Below, one piece after another: positions 51,101 to 64,000 of a DNA stretch of 64,000 nt; within the stretch, counting starts at the first letter, position 1; each line of letters starts with the position of its first letter. The stretch comes from Amoeboaphelidium protococcarum X5 (lineage: Eukaryota > Fungi > Aphelidiomycota). A program made the translations under genes and the position numbers. Location of the stretch: NCBI GenBank assembly GCA_023515725.1, contig JALDTO010000215.1, positions 1-64,000 of the forward strand. Reading direction: 5' to 3'. A model generated the notes under the pieces. The model had not been told where the DNA came from and ran no database searches. It worked only from the letters and a program-made list of their open reading frames with translations.

Positions 51101-52802
51101 TCTTCAGGAGTTCCAATCCTTCGCAGAGAGTTGACATTACCTTCTATTGGTACAGAGTCAAAAGCTTTGAATACATCTGCTCCAGCAATAAATAGATTTC
51201 TTTTTTTCATGTGGGCATAGTCCATTGCTAATTTTATGTCGAGTAGAGAGTCCGCTGTAGAGCGGTTGCTTTTAAATCCATTATTGTTAGCTTTAAGAAT
51301 TTAGTGTTAGTTCAGCACCTTGTTAATTCTCTTAGTCATGATTGAGCTTAGCAACTTTTTCAGCGAGTCAATCAATGAAATAGGCCTAAAATTTCCCAGT
51401 TTGCCTTAATGGTTCTCTTTCTTAGGCAATAGAACAATTTCAACTAGCCTGTCGACTTACGGGACGGTTTTATTTTCGATGATGCAGTTTATGATGTCCA
51501 GAATCAGTTGGAGTACAGATTATGCGGTCAAAAGTTTGAAAAATTCGTTGGTGATTTTAGACGGTCCAGCTGCTTTACCATTTGGGAGCATATTTATACA
51601 TTACTGTAGTTCGTCCATACTAACATTGCGCATTATGTTTTCATATATACTTGGATTGACTTCTGGGAGAGGGCGAAAGTATTATCCCCATTCTGCCTAA
51701 TATTCTATCTCTTCTTCTTGTGTTGGTGCTTACCGTGTCATAATACTTTGCCAAAAACGTTTGTGTTCTTGTTTGATTCCATCAGGATCATTTATCAGAG
51801 TGCCATCGTCTAGCATTACATATTGCAGTTCATTTGACACCATCGGGTTAAATATGTTCTTCATTGTAGCTTTTCGGTTAAGAATGAATCCTTAATCCTT
51901 CATCTATTGCGCTTTCTTCCTTTATTCTAACGCTTTCTTGTTCAGGTATTGGTTCATCAACTTGAGGCAGGCTTTAATTCTTTATATTAGGTTATCTTTG
52001 CAAATTACTTGAGATTCATTAGTGTCCGTGTCAAATTATTTCAGATATTTTTACACCAACTCGATATCGTTTTATGATATTGTTCCAGTTTTCGCACGAC
52101 GCTCTATATCTTTCAGTTGAGCATAGTATTTAACAGACTTGTAATCATAACGTCGTGTTAGAATGGATGTGAGACTGAGACAAGGGGCACGCATAGGCAA
52201 GCATCTGATACTTTTCTTAAATGATGAGTTCAGGAGAGTCCTGACCTGATCCAAATTGCTCAGGTTGACAGGTGGGGCAGTTATCAGTTACGCAGCGAGT
52301 TTCTCGTTATATGCTTGGATGTGTTTTTACTGCGCTTTTCTGAGGTTATTTCTTATAGCCTCGGCATTTTGCTTTCGCGTATATATGATATCTCTATTAA
52401 AGTCTATCTCTAGAGTTAGCGTGATAGCCTTATGATGAGTATTCGACCCCAAATTAATGTTCTTACTGATATTACATTCTCGGACTTTTGCTATACTCTT
52501 TTCGTTAATGAGAAAATAGTCAATTCGTGATTCCGATTTAATGCCTTTACCAATGTATACAGAATGGGTGTACTCTCTCTTGCTTGGATTGAGTAGTCTC
52601 CAAATGTCAGTCAGCCTGTGCTTCTGTTCGTCGCTAATGATTTCACGCATTATCTTAACCTCAGCTTTGGTAGAACATTGGCGAGGTCTACTATCTCCTT
52701 GTGCTGATCTGTCTATAGATGGATTGAGAGCGCAATTCCAGTCACCTCCAAAGATAGTGTGCATCGAGTTGTCAGGTTTAACAAGAATTTCTTCCATCTT
52801 GT
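48107..52802 (-). mobile_element. 5'-truncated non-LTR retrotransposon (APE-RT, L1/Tx1-like) with 13-bp TSD
   Basis: Direct repeat aatggacaggtat at 48094-48106 and 52803-52815; short (TTA)n tail at the 3' end; RT and endonuclease motifs inside. Confidence 0.9.
48319..52797 (-). CDS. LINE ORF2: partial AP endonuclease, reverse transcriptase, C-terminal Cys/His knuckle (~1490 codons)
   Basis: GGDWN, SRIDYFL, KAAGP, NFRPISL, KAFDSV, GVAQGDALSPILF, GFADD, YLG, CPRC...ETHEHILKC; fragments at 52327, 52072, 48640 and the TGA at 48319 share one frame (not every codon checked). Confidence 0.88.
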
Positions 52803-53514
52803 AATGGACAGGTATGTAAAGTAATCCTTCGCTTTAGTTTCAAATTCCATTGTACCGGCGACTACTAATAGTACAGCTGACAGGATGAATGAAAGCTAGA
52901 CTACAGACGATGTTCCAGGTGCGTTTTCACTGGACAATACGAACGCTTCTAATGTATTGGGGATGTTGACTGACCCTTGTGACTGCAAATATATGAAATG
53001 ATATTCGGAAGATTAAAATTTGCGGAGCAAACACTCACAATTATTCACTTGATATATAACACTGTGGAGTCTTTGTATCTTCTGCTCGTGTGCTGACAAT
53101 AGACTCAACGGGTAGGCCACTTGGTCGATTCTCCCCTCACCTTGCTCCTTCGTTGGAGTTGATCCCTCCGCTTTATATTCCCATCTTCTCCTTTCCTTTT
53201 CTCTCTCTCTCTCTGTGGTTAGTGGATAAGCAAAATGCCTTTGCTAAGCCATTTGATACGCAGCAATTTGTCGATGCCAGTTGTAGCTTGAGTTCTATAT
53301 CTATATCTATTGTTCCATCCTGATCAAACTATAAAGATCATCGAACGGCAAAGCGAGCGGGTGTGAAGATAAATTTCTAACGCGTTGCGTGTTGAAGTGG
53401 CATGGGTGAACAATGTCTATAACAATGAGACATCTGACCTCACCGTTGATACTTAAAAAAAATATCCATTAAACAATTAAAATCTATTATAAATACGGTT
53501 CACTCATGATAACT

Positions 53515-54408
53515 TCAGTATGCGTAACCCATGGCAGGGCGGTTCCAGTATTGCGATCTAACGGACTAGCGATGAGGGACTTGGCGCAGATGATTAGGAC
53601 GTTGAGAGTTTCCGCTGTTATAAGGCGTTCCAGACCTGCCCGATAATGAGGATGCAGTAGCGCGTTACTTTGCATGAGATTATTGCTACTAACGGCTCTT
53701 CTCATCGCGACTAGCAATTCCTGTCTACTACGGCTTATACTGCTTAAATTCACCATTGAATCGAAGGCCGCTTTTACTCTTCTGAGATCTCGCTGCCCCC
53801 TACTGTTGCTATTACTACTTTTATTTAGATCGCTACTACTCCCTCCTAAACTCACTTAAGTACCCATCACCAGCAAATTCAGCTTTAGAAGTCACGCCCG
53901 TCACAGCAGTGCCAGCGAGGACTGCAGCACCAGCAGCTGTACCAAGATAAGCAGCCGCCACCTGGGGAGCAAAAAATGTGGCACCCACCTGTGCAACATA
54001 TCCAATACCTTCACCAACGCATTCTGCCTTTCGATACTTTGGGCATGGTGCACGAAGTTTATTAATCATGCCTTTGATGGATTACCTCGGATTTTTGGCT
54101 GCATATTTAAATTTCCGCCAAGTGCCTTTATAATCTTTAGCAGAGTTAAACGCCACCTTGGTGGTCGTTACGAAACTATTCACTGCGCCTTTGGCTACAG
54201 CACCTATTTTATTCAGAATTCCACGCTTGGTCAGTGTGTACAGATACGACGAATCTCTGTGATTATTTTAATCATCTAATAATGAATGGTACATGTCGGC
54301 TCCCAGAGAAGCAACAGCATTACTATTAGACGGTGTTTCTTGTTGAGCAGAGATCAGCGCGCAATATAATAGCAGACTCAAAAACGCCAATTACACTACT
54401 CTTCGCAT
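53515..54408 (-). CDS. Secreted preproprotein with Kex2 site, cationic amphipathic segment and Gly/Ala hydrophobic helix (297 aa)
   Basis: MRRVVQLAFLSLLLYCALISA signal, acidic pro-region, LTKR|GILNKIGAVAKGAVNSF, VAAAYLGTAAGAAVLAGTAV, Gln/Arg-rich tail, TGA. Confidence 0.8.
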
Positions 54409-54845
54409 TTATACTACTATACTAATTTTATAATATTTTAAAAATCAGCTGAAAAATGAATTAGACGCGAGCTTGTTGTTAAAGAGACGCCGCGAATATG
54501 CTGCACCGTAAATACCCCTTAAACAAAGGGACGCGTGATCTGGGGCACTTTGTTCGCTGCTTCGCTGGATGTATGCTTTTAGCTGGAGCATTTTTATTAG
54601 AGCTCCTAGCCATCAACAATCTACCGGGAAAAATTAACTTGACTTGAGCAATAGCAAATTGTATTTGAGATAACCGCTTCAGTAACAGTTCCCCTCGTTT
54701 CATAACTATGAATGCGCCGTTCAATAATCTCGTTCACTTTCTCTCGTTCAAATTCAACTTGATTACTGCACTTGTGTTAATTACAATTCAAGAGACTGAC
54801 TAGTTGAAGCATAATTAAAGTTTATCTTGTTTGAATACTCTTCCA

Positions 54846-57221
54846 ATGGAAACGATGATGACAGCTTCGTTGTAGTAATAAAAATAATAATCGTCCAAGA
54901 GTAGTAGTAGTAGTAGTAAGAACTACCAGTACCATAAACCTCTAGTTGGCGGTGAAAAGTATCAGACTGTGATCAAGTGTCATCATCACTTGGAATAGAT
55001 GGTCTCTATAGATATTGTCTCCCAGTTGACTCAATTGGTAGACTTGATGGAGAATTTTGGATAATAAAAGTTATTAGTTGAACAACAACATGATAATACT
55101 TTTGTGGATGCTGAAGATGGCGACGTGCTTTAGTATGCAAGAGGGTTCCAGTGTCTGCTATAGATCTAAGATGAACTTGCATAGATCCAATTGAATAACC
55201 ATATCTCTGAATCTCATTCACTTGTAGTAGAACTGGCTGTACTGCTCCTCATTGCTGTGCATCTCTAACGCGTACTATCTCCTCATATCAGTGAAAGTCT
55301 ACTTGAAAGCGTATCCCCTGTAGATGTTCAACTGTGGACAAATAAACTCTCTAAACTACTCAATTAAGATACAGTGTCTCTCTCAACCAAGTGCAATATT
55401 ATTCTTTCAATGTGGTTATTAAATCCAGACGTGAATCCATTAAAGTTGTATTTGGATTCTTAGTTAACTCATTTGTCAATATAGACCGTCTTAAAACGGT
55501 CAGAATCCATACTAGATTCAGTTGATAAGCTATTCAGTAACAGTGGTGGTTTAGTCTATAAAGCTGCCTATTAGTTGAGTCAATAGAATGTAGTCGAGAT
55601 AACTCAGAGCAGGTTCAAATCAGTGATACTCAGCTCTATATCGTCCACTCTATTGACTGATTTCAATCCTACTGCTCATTTATCCTAATAATCGGCATCT
55701 GGTACTAGTAGTACTGATGATGTTTTACGCGAGTTTATTGAGTAAGTTGTCACCGAACTGGAGTAATAAAGTCTGCATTTTGAATCCGCATCCTTACTGA
55801 TTGATTATGTATCTGATAATGTATCTCTGGCTTCCAACAATAAGTTCCTATAAAAGATTTGGGATACAGTATTGAATGAAAAGGTTCACTAGCAATGCAT
55901 ATAGATGATATAAACTCAAATTGGAAAGTATTATGAACAGCTGCTGGGATATATAACAAGTACTTTGTAACAATTTTAACAGCAAGTGACTAATGCATTT
56001 TAGGACAACAGGGCCATTTAAGATATTAGATAGTGTCTCTTTGAATTACATTAAAGTCATTGGTCTGATTTGCAGTTGCTGATTAAAGATCAGAGACTTG
56101 GTGGTAGTGATCTGTAGAGTCATTGCGACAATTCTATGCAGCAATGTGTGAAGAGATTTCTGGAAGAATTGAAGAGGCAGGTTGATGATATGGTTAAACG
56201 TGATGCGACTATGCTTGGTACTTTATACTTTATATGCCGTCAAGTGTCACAACGGGATAATGCATTAATCAATCGCGAAGAATTCCACCTCTTCTGTGAC
56301 CATATAGTCTAATAGCTCTGTCATATTTAGTCTTAAAAATTGCTTTAAAATCTGCTTCAGTTTTATACCGATACTCAATTTGGAACTGATTTGTCCATTA
56401 GTTTCACTGCTAACGGGTAAGGCGGATAGTGGGAAGTTATGAAAGATGGTGCGGAGGTGGAATAGAATGTTGTGACATCTCCTTCTCCTCAGATGATAGC
56501 GGCTCTAGATGAATATTTGTCTTTGGATTACATGCTTGAAGTTACATTGCCTGTATATTTGGATTTTTGTAAGGCTGCTTTACAATGCATTATCTAACTG
56601 ATTGAGAAGGTTGACAGCTTAGATTTACTAGAATGTGTTTGGATTCAGCTGTATTTTGATATCATGTTTTGTTACAAACTATTTAAAGGAACTTTGAAAG
56701 GACAAGAGTCTACTACATACTTTAAGTAGTTTATCAAACATGCAGATTCCGTCAAGTAGAAAATTGATATTGTGTACGTGAAATCTGTAAATGATCGCAT
56801 CTTGTAAAATGTGGATGCTGCCGTTTAGAAATACATACTAATGTTTAGTCCTGCCTTTGTACTGAGTAGTAGAAAGTCATCAACATCCTCTGGTGCGGCT
56901 AGAAAGTCGTCTAATCCTAGTAGCTAGTAAAAGAGCCTGCTTCAAGAGTCGTTCTACTCGGACATGCTCTTACAACCGTCTTCGCGTTTTATCACCATTC
57001 CGTCCTATCTCTCATTGGATCAGTGTATTCATGATGAAAAGAAGAGATTGGCGCAGGAGAAATAATAGTAATAGTAACAGAAGAGAATGGCGTCTGCTTA
57101 AAAGTCAGAAGCCAACAGTGGACAGTAGTAGCGGGTGTCTTCATCCTAGTTTGATTAGAAAGCATTCCAATTTCCTCAATCTATCTAGACTGGACTTAAT
57201 AGACTCGGGAAATTCTTCTGA
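54846..57221 (+). CDS. COG1-like (conserved oligomeric Golgi complex) helical protein, ~791 aa
   Basis: One frame with TAR=Gln; LVGGEKYQTVI (cf. LVGERYRDLI), IQLYFDIMF, KID...NVDAAVQKYILMF, SRFITIP; divergent. Confidence 0.6.
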
Positions 57222-57342
57222 TATCATTGTTTACTGAGTAGCCAATGCTGATGTATGAAGAAAAAGCAATATATGACTCAGTGAGTGAAACATTTATCTT
57301 CTTTTATTAACACTAACCAACTTTTATCGCCTTACTCCGTTC

Positions 57343-58550
57343 TCATTCAGATATCCTTGGAATGTATGCAACGTAAATTCCACAAACCACTTCATTAGCT
57401 TAAACTTGCTGTTTCAGTATAACACCGTGATCAGTATTGACATCTACATCTCATATGGCATTAAAACTTGGATTCGCTATTGAGATATTATATCATACTC
57501 AGTGTAATCTCGTTAGATGTTGTATTATTCTAGTGGTGTATGTTGAGTGCTTTAGACAAAGCTCGCGAGTCAACATTCACGATATCATACATTGAATTGG
57601 GCTCTTCCTCCGCTCGCTATTCTCCGGAACATTACCCGCGATCCTCATCACGCCGATGTACACCAATTTCTACAATAACTATGGTAAGTAGATGCCCTTT
57701 AGAATAGATGGATGATCATAACATTACAACTTACCACTTTCAGTTGATGCTCTCAGCTAAGAGAAATGGCTGGTGATTTGCACTGATGCAGTTTCAACTC
57801 GGAATTTGCAGTCACCTTCTCTGTTAACGGCAATTGTTACATCGTGGCTCAATCCTTTGACGCCATCAATCTGATTACGGAGCTTTTTCAGGTCTCGAAA
57901 AGTTAATGATGTGCTCATTGGATGCCACAGTATCTCTGATCCAGAGATTTGATCTTCTACGGGAATAACGCGACATGGGACATCTTGACTGACATTGACA
58001 CGCGATCCGGATTCACTCTACAGTTTTATGTGATATAGAATATACAGATATATATTTAAAGCAAACAACATTAGAGACTTACATAATGAGAGCATATGAA
58101 TGATAAACATGGAAGATCGAATCGTTTAGTTAATTTAACTTGGACTTGAATCGCCGTTTCAGATGATTTTAACGCGCGCAGTAAGTGATCGCCAGGACAC
58201 TCCAAGGCAATTTGATTATCAGCCAAACTTTCCACCACGTATGACTCAAATAGACATTTCTACACCCAATGCCTATTCATAGATAGACTTATTTATCAAT
58301 TTATGAAAATTACCGCATGGAATCTGTATCTGATGCAAGGGAACGCTGAAGTAGTTTGCATTTGATCCAGAGGAGATGGTGCCAGAATAGACAGAAAATC
58401 TGGTCTAAACACCAGAACAACATTTTTGCTCCACTTAGCACTTTCAATACTTTCTACAAAATAAAAGTAAAAACAAATTTAGTCCAATAATAAAGATTTT
58501 TATTTACTAGTGACGATTTAAGCTTATGAAAACTTGAATTTTAATCTCAT
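57343..58550 (-). CDS. HUS1: 9-1-1 checkpoint clamp subunit HUS1, about 5 introns
   Basis: MRLKFK, NQIALECPGDHLLRALKS, VKLTKRFDLPCLS, VSQDVPCRVIP, GLSHDVTIAVNREGDCKFRVETASVQITSHFSQL, terminal YIP; absent from the ORF track. Confidence 0.8.
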
Positions 58551-58717
58551 TTCAATTTCACTTTGTATGCGGACAGTGTAAGGCGTGCGTAGGAAACAAG
58601 TTGAAACAGACGCGTCAAAGCAAGTGATATGATAGATGGAATGAAAGATATCATTGCGAAAATACAAGTAAAAAGTAAAAAAAAGTAAACATATGGAATG
58701 CAAATAATATAAACAAG

Positions 58718-61700
58718 TCACATATTGGTAATATCTGGTTGAGAATCAGGAATGACATCCTAAGTAGAATCAACTTCCATTGAACTATCCTCCACTTCTA
58801 TGACAGCGGGCAAGCTTACAGTAGGTGCAGACTCAACCACCATTGCATTATCATCCAAATTTTAAGACACGCTACCAGCATCAATCTTCTCTTATTAGAT
58901 AGGATTAAAGTCTTACTATGCAGCGGCATCAATCTTGTCATCCGTATCTCTAACATCATCCGGTTCGTCAGCCGTCTGCTTAATCTTTTTGCATTTGCTC
59001 TTCATGGCTCTAATCAACGCGGTGGCTCTACCCAAGATCATTTACTTTTCAACCACATTCTCAGTGACTACGTCATCTGCATCATTTAACAAAACAATGT
59101 TAAGCCTCTGACAAAGCTCTTCCACTGGAACATGCAGATTAAAGTGCACAGTCTTCTAACCTTGGATGATTCTTCTCAACGATTTCAGTAAACGCTTAAG
59201 TACGGCTTCCAAGTGCATATCAGCCCTTTTTACTTAACTCTACGCCGACTGAGAGACATCGAAATCGTCCATCACAGACACTTTATCGACTAGTATACCA
59301 TTTAATAGGCCATATCTGACATACAAGTACGAGTACAAATTTACACAAATGTCGTCCAATTTGCTGATGCTTTGTTCCAGAATCAATGACTAACCATTGC
59401 TTAGCGATTTTTACACTTCATTTGAGCATCTCTTGACAATGTCCGCCACGTTCTTGTAGAGTGTCAACAAGTCACCGATATTCACGCCATCATCAACCAA
59501 ATCAATCCGCCGAGATTCACACAGCATCGCATCGTCAGGCAATGGAGACCAGAACAGTTCAGAGTTGTTGTCACTACAAAGCTGGTAAAGCGGCATGAGA
59601 CTAATCATTATGAATTACTCTGCAGCAACATTAGTCTTTGTAAACTAAATTCTCGTCAAATTCATCGCAAACTACCACCATTTAGGTATTCCAATGAAGA
59701 GATTAATGAATTACTCATAAAAGTGATTGATCACAGGAACGAGGCAATTGGAGAGAAGCTAATCAGAATGCCAATAATCTTTAGAGTTTATACTCTTACA
59801 CAATGAAATAAGCACTTCAATATCCAACTACTTTGATGCCAGATCAATAAACAGACTCGTATACTTGGACAGATTTCTAACATCTGCAAAGGGCTTCTCA
59901 TAAGGCAGGTGCTTCAAATATATCTAACCAGATTTAGAATTATACAAAGGCGACATATACTGGTAAGCAAAAGCATAGAGCTACTTCGTATTTTCAAATA
60001 TATTCGGAGCCATGGAGCAGTTAGCAAGTCTTAATAAGAAAGAGGCAAAGGAATACCTTGACGGATAATAGTCAGGATATACAGCGATGTGACTCTAGAA
60101 TAAAAAGCACACACGCAAAATGGCCATCTAAATATTCAGAATAACGTCTTCTTAAAAAGGCAACTAAAGTACATCAATATCACCGTCAAAATCGACAGAC
60201 TACTTCTCGCTTAAGTTCAAAACCAGAACTGAATTCTTTAAAGCATCAAAAAGCAATAACTTGGCCAGCCATTTGATGTATGAATAAGATGCATAAGCTT
60301 TTGGTAAAGTATATTCATCGCCGACAACATCAATTAACTTGCAGTAGTTGGTGTGAAGCACTGGGCAATCATTAAAGCCATAATCAACAAAAGACAAGCG
60401 GAGCTGGGATAGTGATAGCGAATTCTCTGACGGCTGCAGTTAACATTACCTATTGCAACGCGCATAAAACTTATCAATAACCACCACCGGACGCCCCAAT
60501 TTTCTAGAACATTTAGCCAACATGAATGACCACTCCCATGGCTCTTGAATCCTAAAATGTTTCAAGTCGGCAAAATTAGTCACCCGCACATCCTTAATTA
60601 AAGTGATACATTCAGTAAAACAGAATGCCGCAAACGACAACATACGCTGCTTGATAATCTGCTATTAGTCACTAAAATCACCGAGCCCAGCCCCATCTTT
60701 AAACACTTCTAAACGCGCCAAATAAAACTCGTTCTAGCCTCTTAAACTATCCTAAACAAGTTAATCACCTCTTACACCAGACGCGAGATCATATGCAACA
60801 TGGCCCAATTCAGACAAGGCACAAATAGTTTTAATCAAGTCCGCCTAGCTAGTAGAAGCAGACTAAATAGCACAGCTTACAGAATATCTATAACACTAGA
60901 AGCACTTGTATAGAACAGAATTCAAACGCTTAATCTCATCCAAATCATCAGTGTCTGTCAACTGGTTGAAACAGGCAGATCCTAGTATGTACCACACGGC
61001 AAAGTCGAAAGGATTCAGGCACAAATGATTATGAGCAACCTTGATCAACTTTTCGTTAAAATCATCATATTACTTCTCAGTAGGAGGAAAAGAATCTCTA
61101 TAAGTCAGAAGCATGATCACCAAATCTTTGTAAATACGTCTCAAGGCTGGTGGCAACGTTTAATTTCGATTCAATATATGTTCGCAAGGCTAAAGTCTAA
61201 AATTCACCACTAGCACCAGATCATTTAACATATCAACTGGACTTGATATAGTGTTCTCAACAATAGTCTTATTCATTAAATAAAGCTAATCTTGCTGCAA
61301 TAAAGAACCGACATCTTCTTCAATAATACCAGTGATATTCTCAAGAATCGATATCCAGTAATTGATTGGCGATAAATGGCCCTTTGCTTTGAACCACGGC
61401 TAGAGAGCTATGTCATAAACTTAACCAACTTCAGAGGCTGAGAGTACACGCTTGGCGGGCATCAAATCCTTTTTTAGTGATGAAGTATGAGGCAAAATAT
61501 CGTAACAAATAGTCTTGCAATTAAGCCCATAAGCACACTGACAACATTGCGAAACTTCAATAATCAGCCATTGGACTTTCCTAAACTCAGCAGAGGATTG
61601 CTGTTGAATCTAAATTTACTTGAGGGACAACTCAATCAGTCGCTTAAGCAGATCAAAGTTAAATTGACAGATGCCGACTTGACCGCACTCTGCATGATGC

Positions 61701-64000
61701 TCTACAAGAAATGATAATTCTCGCTCATTATCATCACACTAGCGATTGAACTGACATGAATGTACCATTCTCCATCCGTATACACAACCATACAACGCCA
61801 GAACTTATTCAGATTCTCGTCGCGTATCAAGAGTTAAAGTTTCGAAAGTGGCAGATAATTTGGTGTAACTAAGCTCGCCATACGCCAAATCGAGATACCT
61901 TTTGAGCTCTTTAAAATGGATGGTGAACTCAAAAGTCAGAATAAAGACTCTCATCATCACATTTCGTTACCAATCTTGTAATTACACCAAATGTTCTTTT
62001 TGCTTACAAAGTTGTGCAGCACAGTACCAAATGAAACTTAATGATACCAACATTTTACTATTATAGACGCTATTAACTACCTTATCCAGCAGAAACTGCA
62101 TAAATCTCCACACAATACGAGTGTGTTTCTCAACTAACGAATCCTTGGCATATTTCTACTCAAACAGCTAAAAAATCCCAATAGCTTCATCATAAAAGTC
62201 CAATTGATTCAAGACTTGATGAATATCATCATCGCGGCACTCCAGCATTGATAACTCAAACATTTTGCAGAATCCATCAAAAACTTTCAATACTTTATAT
62301 GAATGTAACGCAGCAGACATTTCAGCCTTCAGAACTGTCAATTTCTCCATTTGCATTAAACTGTCCACAGAAATAATTTCTCGCAATAGAATAAATTCAA
62401 CAGACGCATTAAGAGACTAGAATGCCAATTTACACTTTTAAATCAACTCTGAATGCCATGACACTTGCGTAGGATATACCTATGAGGCCATCTTGTAAGC
62501 GAGCCAATAATATACACAAGCCAGACGTTGATCACCAGATTCAAGATATCTTTTAAATATATGGCAAAGATAGCTTTGAAATTACCCTATCACTTAAAGC
62601 CAGATGTCGTCATTCTCCAAATGTACATCATCATTGGAACTAAAATGTATCATTACTAAAAGGAACGCTTACGATAGCCATGTGAGAACTTTATCATCGT
62701 CAAGCTTAAGACGGATTCCTCTGTCAGAAAGTTATCGAACAAACTCAGCAACTTTCACACAATCACAATGAGGCAGCACAGTTCTTTGATTAATCAGAAG
62801 CCTCACAGTATCAAGAAATACCTAAAGAATCGATTTATCTCCATCAATAAAAGTAAAAGACTGTAAATGCTCTGAGGAGAGTAGAATATCACTCTGCTGA
62901 GATAGAAGACCTTACCATTCAGCCATCTAAATCTAATCTTTCTAGGAACCTGCATCAGATACCGTCACATGTTAAGATCTCTCGATATGATAAAAGTACT
63001 CTCTGACATTGAAATATAAGTCTTTTTCAATGTCCTCGTTACTCAGCTAAAGAGACTCCACCAAAGCTTCGCTCAGATAATAATGCTCCAGAAGATCATC
63101 AAGCTTCTACTTTCTCTTATTAGGACGATTAAGAGTTCTTCTAGACTATCTGATACTTTGCCCCTCCTCGTGAGGATTATCTTCCTACTACTCAGGTATA
63201 GTCTCATCAACAATGGCCATAACATCTTGCACTTCCACACTAAGAATAAGCCGGCAGTTCCCGTTCTACTCAAATAATCTAATGAGAGATTCTAATAAGG
63301 AACTTAATGAATTAGGCAGAGTAAAATCCAATTTCACGTTATGATGCTCAACAATGCCAACGTCCACTGGCATGACATCGCTCAGAAATTCACCGTGTTA
63401 ATGCAACTGATCTTTATCATCGGTAAGCATAGCTGCAATATTGTAACATTGGATTGATAAAGCTTGCATTTTCTATTTCTGATAGTGTCTAGATAGGAGG
63501 AGCCACGACTCAATATTAGCAGTGTTAGATTGGCAATACTCAGTCAGAATTTTTTCCATGACGGTAGAATCTACATCATCCTACAGCTGCAGTAATGAGA
63601 TGTACTTTTTATATGCCAGATACCGTAACAGTTGAAGCTCGTTAGTGTACACCTGGAGATAATCATTAGATACAACATGAGGGAGACTACGGAAATGTTC
63701 AATCACTGCACGAACCTTCTTCACATCATTACCACTATCTTTAAAGAGTTTAAACACGTTCACTTGCACTTAATCTTTCTTTTTAAGTTACGTACTTTAA
63801 GTACTTGATTTCTCAATTTAGTTGAGCACTTTCATTCTATTGTCTAATGTCTGACAAGTAGATTGAGGATAATCTCTACTGAGATGAAGAAAGAAATGCC
63901 GATTTTGCAACGCGTCTGAAACGAAAAAGTTATATCGTCCTTACTGCTCTTCCACAGGTTAAGAGCCAACAAACTTTAAATAGTACTGAGCGCTTGCACT
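58718..64000 (-). CDS. Large helical-repeat protein, HIR3/CABIN1-like (5' end outside the window)
   Basis: Five ORF-track fragments and the TGA at 58720-58718 share a frame; LNPFDFAVWYILG, WEWSFMLAKCSRKL, LPYEKP..KYTSLFIDL resemble Hir3/Cabin1 C-terminal motifs. Confidence 0.55.

Noticed and set aside
53487-53855. 122-aa ORF MSLGGSSS...
   Set aside because: Shifted-frame shadow of the Gln-rich tail of the 54408 gene; no ATG start and it ends in TAA
56893-57237. 114-aa ORF MRLESRL...
   Set aside because: Alternative frame overlapping the COG1-like C-terminus

Overview
Chromosome end of a compact, gene-dense eukaryotic genome. A variant telomeric repeat (1-150) is followed almost immediately by housekeeping genes. 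The supplied ORF track is fragmented because this genome reads TAA and TAG as sense codons (Gln) and uses only TGA as stop. Every conserved gene below is continuous under that code and ends in TGA. The fungal/opisthokont-like gene set plus this code matches the aphelid algal parasite Amoeboaphelidium protococcarum (inferred). Re-read under TAR=Gln, the window holds about 34 protein genes, including a rhomboid, a HECT E3, Mpo1, Tim44, AGT, thiolase, TMEM184, a Rev1-type BRCT protein, an LRR protein, a Rab, RPA43, ANKRD13, RPB3, two SLC35 transporters, a SET protein, a peroxisomal carrier, COG1-like, HUS1 and HIR3/CABIN1-like. It also holds one tRNA-Glu(CUC), a 5'-truncated LINE with a 13-bp target-site duplication, and a 20-bp minisatellite. 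The most interesting block is a ~17-kb same-strand array (21.2-38.1 kb) of 11 signal-peptide genes with no family I recognise. It was expanded by tandem duplication, and several members share a TGTAAC+TATA promoter arrangement and an SPY motif, so it may be a co-regulated cyst-wall/adhesion/infection module. Other leads are a Kex2-processed toxin-like secreted protein, a BRCT ORF that reads in frame into TMEM184, and a tRNA with an A1:A72 mismatch. All assignments come from motif recognition by eye; no searches were run.
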